A stretch of 63,910 nucleotides of DNA, counting the filler. It is 6 parts of 6 records of this genome, joined end to end, with 100 filler letters (N's around TTAATTAATTAA, not from the genome) between each part and the next. Parts side by side here need not be neighbours in the genome. Positions count along the whole stretch, not along the records: positions 21,451 to 34,141 come from DRR723986_23980; positions 34,242 to 43,991 come from DRR723986_24078; 4 more parts are not named here. One strand, written 5' to 3'. Numbering within the stretch: position 1 is the stretch's first letter; each line of letters starts with the position of its first letter. Positions 30,001 through 38,182 of this stretch are shown here, piece by piece. The notes beneath the pieces were generated by a model. It saw nothing but the letters and a program-made list of their open reading frames with translations, did not search any database and had not been told where the DNA came from. The position numbers were made by a program, and so were the translations under genes.

Positions 30001-30957
30001 TTCTGATTTAGCGGATTGACAGGCTTCCAGAATGATCAAACCTACGTCGTGACTTCTGAGAAGTGATGCAAATTGTTGAGTCGATACTTGTGCGTCTCGA
30101 CGCCCCCAATGTTTCGTCTGATCATCGCGACTTTCAAAACAGAGGAATCCTTGACCAGATTCATTGTCATAAGCACCATGACCATCGAAATGAAAAACAT
30201 CGAAAGGTTTGTTGGATTCTCTTGCCTCTTCGAGAGTATTTCTCAGTGCTTCAAACGTTGGAGGAGTGAGAATGACCACTTCTACTGCATTGTTCATTTC
30301 TTCTGCGGCATTTAACAGCGGTGCTGCTGTGACTCGATGGTCAAAATAGTGACTACTTTCCATAGGGCGTGGACTGGCCAGCAGGATCCGAATCGTTCTC
30401 CCAGAGATTTCAAACTGAGACGACCTCTGCCGAACGATTGATCTGCGCAATTGAACATTTTTTGAATCTGCAAAAATGTAGCGATCGCCATTGTGCATCA
30501 ACTCCCAAGGCAACGATATCAATTTGTTCGAGGCAATCCTGTGATTGAACGAGCTTGGAGCAAGGGCTGTATCGACGTTAAGTTCCATTTGAATCGTCAC
30601 TATGCACTCAGAGTCAGAAGCTAGTGTTTCAACAAAAACATTGGAGTCGGACTGCAGCAAGCTACTACCTATCAGGCAGTTGTAAAGCTTTGTGCCAAAT
30701 TTGGCAAGTTTTGCTTCTATTCGGAGTGCTCGTTCGCGAATTAGTCCTGCAGGCCATGTGCAGTAGGTCTCCAAATACCAATGGATGTCTTCCAGGACTA
30801 AATTCGCCACCTGAACTTCAAAATCACGCGTGACTCTGTTTGTTGGTTCTTCTGAAGTAGTGTTTGATAGCTCCAAACTTAAACCAGCTTGGAGCTTGGT
30901 GGTCTGCTCGACTTGAACTAAACTTGCATTTTGAAACTGTGCAGTTATTTCTATCAT
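27076..30957 (-). CDS. NLR-like protein: CHAT (caspase-like) protease - STAND NTPase - TPR
   Basis: LPWELM, VFHFDGHG (His) and IILEACQS (Cys) dyad, VLAMS, DWYVPVLF; FVGRSREL, GLVGEGKTT (Walker A), ITIDGVE (Walker B), FHPVL; TPR repeats such as AVALNHMG and ARCMTNLGNVY. Confidence 0.9.
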   Translation of the reverse strand: MIEITAQFQNASLVQVEQTTKLQAGLSLELSNTTSEEPTNRVTRDFEVQVANLVLEDIHWYLETYCTWPAGLIRERALRIEAKLAKFGTKLYNCLIGSSLLQSDSNVFVETLASDSECIVTIQMELNVDTALAPSSFNHRIASNKLISLPWELMHNGDRYIFADSKNVQLRRSIVRQRSSQFEISGRTIRILLASPRPMESSHYFDHRVTAAPLLNAAEEMNNAVEVVILTPPTFEALRNTLEEARESNKPFDVFHFDGHGAYDNESGQGFLCFESRDDQTKHWGRRDAQVSTQQFASLLRSHDVGLIILEACQSAKSEKDISASVAGSIALLEGHSVLAMSHSILVAASQLFMLTFYTELIGGSELCRAVGNARRVLYHNRSRGIVEGAGSFELSDWYVPVLFQNNTNQRLFRPDQSTLTNRSRSVAQAQTRHEKEEPAESKFVGRSRELLILERILQNRKYTVLHGLVGEGKTTLAKELCQWLVRTRQYDRHFYLSSEAFESELLMMETLGRQVNGLGLTWSAGDYENHDEALKALTSELNEMKTLITIDGVESYPPHCLDNSIGESRTEGLLEWIDNVLDNTTKVKFIIISTSSLPEPFNDNSCSLFLDAMSTADAVELLRNELIANNVNLSTTKLNLETLEEAVNRLNCHAQSVIALAPELVGRQHVAPGVNLNRLVLDCFLRTSNKQMVTLVSSVEHTLRKLDSELFRLLKSLAFFQGQGHAMAIELVLEADHNEANRLFEALQRIGLLRQKANGHCVFHPVLSYFLSSILTKAERLKLKRKWFQGMVYFYCNHLDNLQVNDSATFIQIASADINNIYGFTEIVKQQKNPELSLMASCIFGNMAQSLKLPHLRSYMTKLRKKSLPKVSGWSKSVVLARILDIGELIENEQFTKAALRSSELLRKALHSRAKYQGSEVEIAKVYDQTAHALRRSGRVEEAYKITCDAMLFLSENEAKIDISTALSLHRETAECLAKMGKFQAAADICTSLLQKVSAPSAKHNVAKFLGQLGTMLFRRGMIKEALDAHLACRRIFEDIGDTHNLAVALNHMGVINRKLGNLQAAEQNLLQELKLSTIQQNHSAVARCMTNLGNVYQQMGKKEDSLEYYLRASEESEALGDRENRWNALSNYALVASELNLHEKALDSIKKVIAEQQGMDLHVKPWRTFQIEFIIERNKGDVVTAKVARNAAIQALLEHRRSGGESTCSAGTLCEGVLRRAKAGEMEEFNLYIQQPIGVELKGIVSPAFIDALRKVASGERGTGVVDDLNLRYEDAVEILILIERLKSIDM

Positions 30958-30979
30958 GGTGAGCCTTGTTGATATTACC

Positions 30980-31028
30980 AAAATTCTCGCTGTGACAACA
31001 CTTCAACACGGCGCGAGCGCTAAACGTG
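30980..31028 (+). repeat. 49-bp degenerate direct repeat, copy 1 (copy 2 at 33002-33050)
   Basis: AAAATTCTCGCtGTGaCAAcACtTCAACACgGCGCGagcGCTAAAcGTG aligns ungapped to copy 2 with 40/49 identity (manual count). Confidence 0.8.
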
Positions 31029-31152
31029 CCGTTTACGAAACACCAAACGTAGCAAATGAGCCTATCGCTTCGGAAGTCAGAAGCCTCGAACTATTACAAT
31101 CGATGGAATTACGATTCAGTGAATTTCCATTGACTCTCACAGTTCCTTGTCC

Positions 31153-32841
31153 TCATACATCTGCCTTAAACACACTTGGCCGCTCACGCTTGCAAATTTC
31201 AACGATTTTGTCGACTAGTTCAATGAGGTCAGTCGAGGCAATATCATCCAACGACATTGACTTTACTATGTCCTTGTTTTTTGCTTTGATATTTACACCT
31301 TTACTCTTGGTAGCTTTGCAACCGGCAGGGCATTTCACAAGAGGCTCGGGCTCTGGACGTGGCTGGCCTCTCATAAACACTTGTTTTCCTACGGCTTGAC
31401 CTGCGGCAAATGCAGTCAACTCTTGGTCAATAGGAATAAATCCAACGTCTTTTACCGCTTCTACGGTGAAATAGTTTTCAATTGCGTATCGCTCATGTTT
31501 GTGTACCGGTATATTCGCGCTTTTACATTTTTTAACAAAGGCGTTAACGGTTTTATCCTGACTATCCTCATTGTCCACTACTGCGATAGAATTTGTCGTT
31601 CCTACCAAATGTGACAAATCCGCGTATTTCATAGAAGAACCGTGAAGATACATGTAATGTATGTTGCAATGTCTGATGCTTGGTTCCTTTTTACGTAGAA
31701 AGTATTCTAGGACTTGTTGGTCGGTAGGACCTTCAACCAGAATGTGACAATCGGCTGTTAAACTATCAGAGATGGAGTAGCCTAAATCGTTAAGAATTTC
31801 AGCACGCGATGTTGAATTGGTTATACGTATTGTGTCTTTTGTATCCTTTCTGTCCACTGTGCCCTTGAGTTCACAGTAAAACACTTTGTCGACATATTCG
31901 GTGCTTAAAAAAACATTCGAATGCGTGCTTAAGAAAAACTTCTTGCTTGTTAGCGTATGAAAAAATTGTAGTAGTTCGCGTTGAAGTTCAGGGTGCAAAT
32001 TGGCCTGAATTTCGTCAACTATTACAACCCGCGTACTGGGACTCAGACTCATTGTTATTATGTGAAGAAGTTGTGTTAAACCCAACCCACACTTATCTGC
32101 AGGAACCCATTGATCTATTCCAATGCGAGAAAACTTCAATATTTTGGCTTCTGTTTCGGTTCGTGTTACTTCGAATTCAAAATTCTTCGATACGGTTCTG
32201 AAAGCATCTTCAACTAAGTTGAATGCCTTTTTTAGGTTTTGTGGATCATCATGAACATGAGATGCATCATGCCAATTCGACAATGTAGTCACAAGCCATT
32301 TTTCAGGCTCGACATTATTTGCGTGACTAATATCTTTTCTTGCCTGTACATCTTGCCTCCTGACATCGGGAGCGAATAGCACCCAGTTTTCCTCACCCAT
32401 ACGATGAGCCAGGAATTCCATGACCAGTTTGGTTTTATAAGCTTCAGCTACGCCTTTAAAATCACTAATAAATTTATTCAACCTTTGCTGGGACTTGACT
32501 TGGTCAATTTGATACCTTAACTCTTCGGTTGGAATCAAATATTCTTGTGACTCGTTTCGAGCTTTCGAATACTCGTACTCGGCTAGAATCGTAACAATCG
32601 AATTCCATAGTTCGCTTTGATGTATTGGAATATCGATGAATAGTTTCTTGATATCCTCATGCGATATGAGAAGGTCAGAGCTAACACCTTGGCTTCCAGC
32701 TTCCTTCATGAGCGAAGCAATGGCAGTTAACGCGGCGGTTTTACCAGAGCTGTTCTTGCCGCAGAATACATTGATGTTTCCTACATCCAGGGTGAAATTT
32801 TCAATTAATGCATGATCTGCGAATTCAATTGACTTGATCAT
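31153..32841 (-). CDS. OLD-family ATP-dependent nuclease (ABC ATPase + TOPRIM)
   Basis: CGKNSSGKT (Walker A), CGLGL signature, VIVDEIQANLHP (Walker B/D-loop), STHS, TOPRIM ILVEGPTD, VVDNED, YAIENYF. Confidence 0.88.
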   Translation of the reverse strand: MIKSIEFADHALIENFTLDVGNINVFCGKNSSGKTAALTAIASLMKEAGSQGVSSDLLISHEDIKKLFIDIPIHQSELWNSIVTILAEYEYSKARNESQEYLIPTEELRYQIDQVKSQQRLNKFISDFKGVAEAYKTKLVMEFLAHRMGEENWVLFAPDVRRQDVQARKDISHANNVEPEKWLVTTLSNWHDASHVHDDPQNLKKAFNLVEDAFRTVSKNFEFEVTRTETEAKILKFSRIGIDQWVPADKCGLGLTQLLHIITMSLSPSTRVVIVDEIQANLHPELQRELLQFFHTLTSKKFFLSTHSNVFLSTEYVDKVFYCELKGTVDRKDTKDTIRITNSTSRAEILNDLGYSISDSLTADCHILVEGPTDQQVLEYFLRKKEPSIRHCNIHYMYLHGSSMKYADLSHLVGTTNSIAVVDNEDSQDKTVNAFVKKCKSANIPVHKHERYAIENYFTVEAVKDVGFIPIDQELTAFAAGQAVGKQVFMRGQPRPEPEPLVKCPAGCKATKSKGVNIKAKNKDIVKSMSLDDIASTDLIELVDKIVEICKRERPSVFKADV

Positions 32842-33001
32842 GGTCTTTAATTCCTATTCCAATAGCAAATGCACAGTAGATTAGAGGCGCCGGGGTTGGG
32901 CTGAGTAAACTACTGAAGATCTCTTAAAATTACCAATGCAAATTGTCAGATATCGATCAAATCTACCATTGGTGATCGCAATACCCACATTCCAAATCCC
33001 A

Positions 33002-33050
33002 AAAATTCTCGCCGTGCCAATACATCAACACCGCGCGGCGGCTAAATGTG
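33002..33050 (+). repeat. 49-bp degenerate direct repeat, copy 2
   Basis: AAAATTCTCGCcGTGcCAAtACaTCAACACcGCGCGgcgGCTAAAtGTG; see copy 1. Confidence 0.8.
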
Positions 33051-33262
33051 ACCGCCCCCCCCGGCGTTTTTCTGCCCCCCAATCGCCCTGATTTCCGGCG
33101 TTCGCTACTACCCATAGCGCACAACGTCGCCGCTTAAACTTTGCAACTACCGGCACACGCTGCACAGACTGTAAAGCATGCAGGCGACAAAGCGCGCAAT
33201 ACAACAAGCGATACAGGCCGAATTGGTCAACTGTTTTAACCTACTAGCTTAAAGGTATTACT

Positions 33263-34141
33263 ATGGCTTTTGGTGCGAAAAAACCCCAAACCAAAATCAA
33301 CCCGCGCGATTTTGCAACCTGCACTAGAATAATGGCGCACGTGTTTAATCAGCGCGACTTTGAATTGCAGGGACTGTATAACGGTTTAACTCCTGTTAAC
33401 ACCGTCAAAGATTCTACGCATTGGCTCGGCATTGCAAGCAAGCACGGGCAGACGGTCGTTCTGTTCGGCGGCGATAAATACAACATTGCAAAGGGACAAA
33501 TTCCGCACTACATAAACCCCGACGGATACAGTTACCATATTGAAACGACCGTAAACACGCAACGCGTTATTTTGGATTGTCAGGAAACGGGCTTTACGCC
33601 GCAACTTGAGACTATTCTGCACGATCCAGAATTGACAGTCCGTGAAAAAGAGTCACAACTGTGTGACGTAGCAGCAAATGCAGCGCAAGATATAACCGCA
33701 CTCATGCGTAACAACCTTAAACCACTGCGCTCATTTCGTGCCAAGGTACTACCCGATAAAGGACGTGGCGGCCGCTTATTAGTCACAGTTCCAGACGGCA
33801 CCGCTTTAAGTGGTTACGCAAAGTACATACTAAAGGAGACCTTACAAACCAGTTATCAGAGTGCCAACGTTAAAAACAGAACGTTAAAAGGCTGGGTTGT
33901 TAGAAACGATGCATACGACGTTGAAGGCGTGCGCGAGTTTCTGGCACAAACTAGCGGTTTGCCGTCCGAGATTCAGGTTGAAGAACCAGTAACTGAAACG
34001 CTCGGTTTTCTGGATGCTCCGGCACCCGTAAGCGTTGCAGCTCCTGCACATTCCGCTAATACAAACGGTTCTCTGCAACCCGCTACGCCGCAAGCATCTA
34101 ACGGCACACGTCAACAGGTAGCGCCGCAAGCATCTAACGGC
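33263..34141 (+). CDS. hypothetical protein (3' truncated)
   Basis: Open frame of about 293 codons with AAAGG RBS. No recognisable family. Low-complexity Pro/Ala/Gln tail. Confidence 0.65.
34086..34141 (+). repeat. coding tandem repeat, 36-bp period (PQASNG)
   Basis: CGCCGCAAGCATCTAACGGC is identical at 34086-34105 and 34122-34141. The contig ends at the end of the second copy. Confidence 0.85.
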
Positions 34142-34241
34142 NNNNNNNNNNNNNNNNNNNNNNNNNNNNNNNNNNNNNNNNNNNNTTAATTAATTAANNN
34201 NNNNNNNNNNNNNNNNNNNNNNNNNNNNNNNNNNNNNNNNN

Positions 34242-34625
34242 GCCACGGTTGTGCATCAACTCGGTGGCGTGATCGACCAGCCTGGCAGCAGCCTTGTGGG
34301 CGGGTTTACGGGCAACGTCATCCCGAATGAGGTTTCCCAGCAGGGTGGGCGAACCAGCGAGGAACCGGGCCAAGCCACCGGGGTGTCCCCGGGAAATATC
34401 AATACGGTTTTCGCTGCGGTCTTGGAAGTGAATCAGCGGGCTTTTCCCGCCCAAGCTCTCCAGCTGCTCCCACCAGCCATCCCAGGCTTTGGCCGCTTGG
34501 TTCACCGGCGTCGCCTCAGAGTCGCCGACGCTCACTTGGTGCGCCAAATCACTCGACCACCACGGCGTGGTGTCAAGTGATTCACCCGCTCCAGGAGGAG
34601 CATCATAATTATCGGCACGCCACAC
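34242..34625 (-). CDS. N-terminus of large DUF4011-like/AAA helicase protein (truncated)
   Basis: W..QL..LGG.SPLIHF...IDIS.GHPGGLARFLAG.PTLL.NLIRD pattern of actinobacterial AAA helicase-like proteins. Confidence 0.55.
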
Positions 34626-34718
34626 GTGATAAACCTACGGTTTAGGGCCTAAAACCAGGGTTATCCCACGCCGTTGCGCATTCTGGCGGCCTGTGGTGAG
34701 ATAAGGAAAAAGGACACC

Positions 34719-35993
34719 GTGGCAATAACCTCAGACCGCATTCAGCGCGCTCAATCTGCGCTTCTTCTCGTGTTTATTCTGGTGGGTCACACCGCTCTGT
34801 GTTCGGTGGCCTGGGTGCCGGTCTATATCGATCGTCTCGGGGTTAGTTTTGCCACCTGGGGTGTTATTTTGGGTGTCGGAGCCGTGGGTTCCATGCTCTC
34901 CCTGCTCGTCGCCAGCCGCATTATTTTGCGCTTTGGTTCGCGGGGTGTGTTGCGGGTGGCGCTCTATGTCGGCTTAGCGTTTCTCGTGTCGCTCGCGTTC
35001 ACGACCAATCCCGTCATCTGGGCGGGCCTGAACGCCGGATTCACCCTGTCTATGTCCTTTGTGGGAATGAGTGCCAATACCCACGCGGTGGTGCTGCAAA
35101 AACTGGTACCGCGCACGATTGTGCCCCGTCTGCACGCCGGATGGAGCATGGGGGCTGTATTGGCCGCGATGACCGGGGCTATCTCGACTGCGCTGATCAG
35201 TTTGGACGTTTTCCTTATCGCCACCGCAATCATCACCCTGGTGCTCTTTGAGATCTTGCGCCCCAGGCTGCTGGGCCCCAGCGAAGATGGCCACTTAGAA
35301 GACAAAGCTGCCCATATCAAGCGCCGTTTTTATCAAGCGCCCGCGCAATTATGGGTCTTAGCGATTGGGCTCTTTTGCGCCATCTATCCCGAAATTGCCA
35401 TTGTCGATTGGGCTACCGTTTTCGCTAGAGACGTTCTCGAGGCAGAACTGGCCCTGCGCTCGGCACCCTTTGGCGGATTCATGATCGGGATGATTGTCGG
35501 GCGGTTGCTGATGACGCGCTTGGCAGATTCTGTTCACCCCCACGTCTTAGCGTCCAGGGGAGCAGTACTCGGGGCGATCACCCTAGGAATTTCTGCCCTG
35601 TTACCGAGCTTTAGCGCTTCCTGGCCCACCGGGGTGCTCCTGGTGCTGGCCACAGGATTGTGGATGGTGACGGGATTGGGAATGTCCGGGGTTGCCCCCA
35701 CGTTCTTCGCTGCCTCTGCTCACGTGCGAGGAGTGTCCACCACCTGGGCGCTTTCTCGGATGCAGCTGGTGTCTCAGTTCATCATGATTGGGGCCAAAGT
35801 CGTCATGGGCGCCATTGCCGAAGGAATCAATCTTCAAGCAGCGTTTGGTTTGCCCGTCGTGCTATTGATGATTAGCGCGTTCATTGCACTGCGCACAACA
35901 CGGGGTGCTGAAACTGAAGAGCTCGATTTGGTCTCCCCCACTACCGGTGCAATTACGCTTCCGATTCTGAGCGAAACACCCAACGACGACTAG
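34719..35993 (+). CDS. MFS transporter
   Basis: About 12 hydrophobic segments, RFGSR loop, LHAGWSMGA, DWATVF. AGGA RBS before GTG 34719. Confidence 0.9.
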   Translation: MAITSDRIQRAQSALLLVFILVGHTALCSVAWVPVYIDRLGVSFATWGVILGVGAVGSMLSLLVASRIILRFGSRGVLRVALYVGLAFLVSLAFTTNPVIWAGLNAGFTLSMSFVGMSANTHAVVLQKLVPRTIVPRLHAGWSMGAVLAAMTGAISTALISLDVFLIATAIITLVLFEILRPRLLGPSEDGHLEDKAAHIKRRFYQAPAQLWVLAIGLFCAIYPEIAIVDWATVFARDVLEAELALRSAPFGGFMIGMIVGRLLMTRLADSVHPHVLASRGAVLGAITLGISALLPSFSASWPTGVLLVLATGLWMVTGLGMSGVAPTFFAASAHVRGVSTTWALSRMQLVSQFIMIGAKVVMGAIAEGINLQAAFGLPVVLLMISAFIALRTTRGAETEELDLVSPTTGAITLPILSETPNDD

Positions 35994-36021
35994 TAGGGGT
36001 GGGCTTTCGCCAGAGTGACCG

Positions 36022-36096
36022 TGGTACCCCTGGAGGGACTCGAACCCCCAACCCTTTCCTTAGGACGGAACTGCTCTTCCATTGAGCTACAGAGGC
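36022..36096 (-). tRNA. tRNA-Arg(CCT)
   Basis: GCCTCTGTAGCTCAATGGAAGAGCAGTTCCGTCCTAAGGAAAGGGTTGGGGGTTCGAGTCCCTCCAGGGGTACCA. Cloverleaf, anticodon CCT, encoded CCA. Confidence 0.95.
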
Positions 36097-36183
36097 TAGT
36101 GGGGAGCAGTCTACCGAGAGGACCTCGGCACTGGTGACTCTGCCTGTGATGACACCGTCGCTGGTGGTGGCTAGGGTTTTGCC

Positions 36184-37395
36184 GTGAAGATTTTTTTGGC
36201 AGCACTAGGGTCCCGGGGGGATAACGAACCTTTCCGCGCTCTGGCCCTCGAAGCTGCTTCAGCTGGGCATGAGGTGTATTTCGCTCACACCCGAGACATT
36301 CCGTTCAGCCCTGACGCGGTTTATACCGAAATCGAGCTTCCCGGCTCCATGGAAGACATCGTCGCGACACAGGGACTCTCGATGGTTAAGGCCCTGGCCA
36401 ACTACTCCCGGGTCATGAAACCCCTGATGGAGGGCATCTACCGCGAAACCACCCGCCAGATTCGGGCTCTCAAGCCTGATGTGGTGGTCTATCACCCCAA
36501 GATTTTGACGGCCGCTACCGCAGCCCATTCCGTGGGAGCCATCGCTGTGCTCGCCGAGATGGTCCCGATGATGACCCCCACCTCAGAATTTCCCGCTGCG
36601 GGATTGCCCACCTGGCTTCCCTCGCGATACAACCACGCTAGTTACCGCCTGATCCAAGCAGGGGTCAACGCCTTGGGTTCACCGGGTGTCGCCCTGGCTA
36701 AAGAACTCGGTGTGATTCGATCAGAGCACGATATTTCCCTCGTTCCGGTAAGCCCCACTCTGGTGGCCCGACCAGCAGACTGGCCCGACTACGCGGCGAT
36801 TACCGGATGGTGGTCGATTCCCGACCACGGAGAGATTGACGATGAACTGGCACAGTTTCTGGACGTCGGTCCGGTGCTCTATGCCGGTTTTGGGTCGATG
36901 CGAGACAACCACGGTTTAGCTCGAGCGGACGCTATTGTCTCGGCGGCCAGGCTGCTGGGGATGAAGACGCTGTTGGTCACAGGCTGGGGTGGTCTAGTGC
37001 CCACACCCGATCACATGGTCTCGCCCGATGTGGTGGTGCGCGAATCAGTACCGCACTCGCTGGTTCTGCCCCGAGTAGACGTCGCCCTCCATCACGGTGG
37101 AGCTGGCACCACCCATGCCATGATCCGCTCGGGAACACCGAGCGTGATTATGCCCTTTATTGCGGATCAACCTTGGTGGGCCGCACGGCTGGAGGAAAAA
37201 GGTGTGGGCGGCCCGACGCTGAGTCGACGAACGACCAATCCCCACACCATCGCAGCCGCCATTACCCAGGCTCGATCATTATCCGAAGCCATCGAATTCG
37301 CGGCCGGGGAAATGGATCACGAAGATGGCCTTGCCACCGCCCTGGATATTCTCGAGCAGGCCGAGCAAGGGGTCTTCCCCTTCAAACCCGCCTAG
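36184..37395 (+). CDS. GT-B glycosyltransferase (GT1/GT28, sterol-glucosyltransferase-like)
   Basis: GSRGDNEP, YAGFGSM, VPHS, HHGGAGTT, PFIADQPWWA. Confidence 0.9.
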   Translation: MKIFLAALGSRGDNEPFRALALEAASAGHEVYFAHTRDIPFSPDAVYTEIELPGSMEDIVATQGLSMVKALANYSRVMKPLMEGIYRETTRQIRALKPDVVVYHPKILTAATAAHSVGAIAVLAEMVPMMTPTSEFPAAGLPTWLPSRYNHASYRLIQAGVNALGSPGVALAKELGVIRSEHDISLVPVSPTLVARPADWPDYAAITGWWSIPDHGEIDDELAQFLDVGPVLYAGFGSMRDNHGLARADAIVSAARLLGMKTLLVTGWGGLVPTPDHMVSPDVVVRESVPHSLVLPRVDVALHHGGAGTTHAMIRSGTPSVIMPFIADQPWWAARLEEKGVGGPTLSRRTTNPHTIAAAITQARSLSEAIEFAAGEMDHEDGLATALDILEQAEQGVFPFKPA

Positions 37396-37931
37396 GCTGC
37401 GGCGAGATAGCCTTCCCAGTGTGGTTGAGGGCGCTCAATACCGCGCACCAGCCACGCGCTGCCATAAGGGGTTTTGGGCTCACTGAGCAGCCTCCAGCCC
37501 ATTTCTTGAGGGGTTCTATCTCCCTTGATGTTGTTGCACTTAAGACAACACGCCACGAGGTTCTCCCAGGCGTCCATGCCTCCCCGTGATCGGGGCAGGA
37601 CGTGGTCGATGGTGGTGGCGGAGTTCCCGCAATATGCACAGCGATGGGAATCGCGCCGCAAAACCCCCCGGCGCGACACGGGGATGTGGCGATTGTGGGG
37701 CATTTTGACGTAGCGGGTGAGCACGATGACCGAGGGCCTCTCCCAGGTCCCCTCCACACTGCGCACCGGGTGGGCATCATCGCCTTCGACCATGATGGCC
37801 CGACCATTCATCACCAGCACGAGCGCTCGCCTAAAGGAGACCACCGAGAGTGGTTCATAACCAGCGTTGAGCACCAGAGTGCGAGAACCCGACGTAGACA
37901 CCGTCTCGGGCGCAGCCGTCACCGGGTTCAT
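37392..37931 (-). CDS. HNH endonuclease (McrA-like, Zn-binding)
   Basis: TLVLNAGYEPL, PSVIVL, RRDSHRCAYC, TIDHVLPRSRGG, WENLVACCLKCNNIKG. Confidence 0.93.
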   Translation of the reverse strand: MNPVTAAPETVSTSGSRTLVLNAGYEPLSVVSFRRALVLVMNGRAIMVEGDDAHPVRSVEGTWERPSVIVLTRYVKMPHNRHIPVSRRGVLRRDSHRCAYCGNSATTIDHVLPRSRGGMDAWENLVACCLKCNNIKGDRTPQEMGWRLLSEPKTPYGSAWLVRGIERPQPHWEGYLAAA

Positions 37932-38098
37932 CAGCGCCACCTCGCCAGATTCGGGCCGTTAACACAAAAGACACCATCGAAACTCGATGGTGTCGCAGCG
38001 GTGCCGGCCTCTAGACAGACAACACAGGGCTCTGTGGAGACTTGTATCCGAAAGTGAGCGCGCACATCCCGAGGGCGTATGCGTGCACTCTCAGTCAT
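37931..38098 (-). CDS. unannotated 55-aa upstream ORF / leader peptide with CxxC
   Basis: AGGGGG RBS (38106-38111), ATG 38098, MTESARIRPRDVRAHFRIQVSTEPCVVCLEAGTAATPSSFDGVFCVNGPNLARWR*. The stop overlaps the HNH start as TGATG. Confidence 0.45.
   Translation of the reverse strand: MTESARIRPRDVRAHFRIQVSTEPCVVCLEAGTAATPSSFDGVFCVNGPNLARWR
37961..37994 (-). terminator. terminator-like hairpin upstream of HNH gene
   Basis: Perfect 11-bp stem GACACCATCGA-gtt-TCGATGGTGTC followed by TTTTGTGTT on the minus strand. Confidence 0.7.
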
Positions 38099-38182
38099 GG
38101 CGAAACCCCCTGGTATGGCGGGTAAACAATGAGTCCACGATAACCCGAGGGTTATTCGGGGGCTGGAAACGGCGCGCCGACA

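Noticed and set aside
31153-32841. Gabija, retron or PARIS system call
   Set aside because: No UvrD helicase, reverse transcriptase or separate AriA/AriB partner is adjacent.
34086-34141. 20-bp direct repeat as the start of a CRISPR array
   Set aside because: The spacer is only 16 nt, the period is a multiple of 3 inside an open frame, and no cas genes are present; it is a coding repeat.
37392-38142. IscB/HEARO-type RNA-guided nuclease
   Set aside because: The protein is about 179 aa with HNH only, lacks PLMP and RuvC motifs, and sits in a core gene context. The leader is kept as a separate finding.
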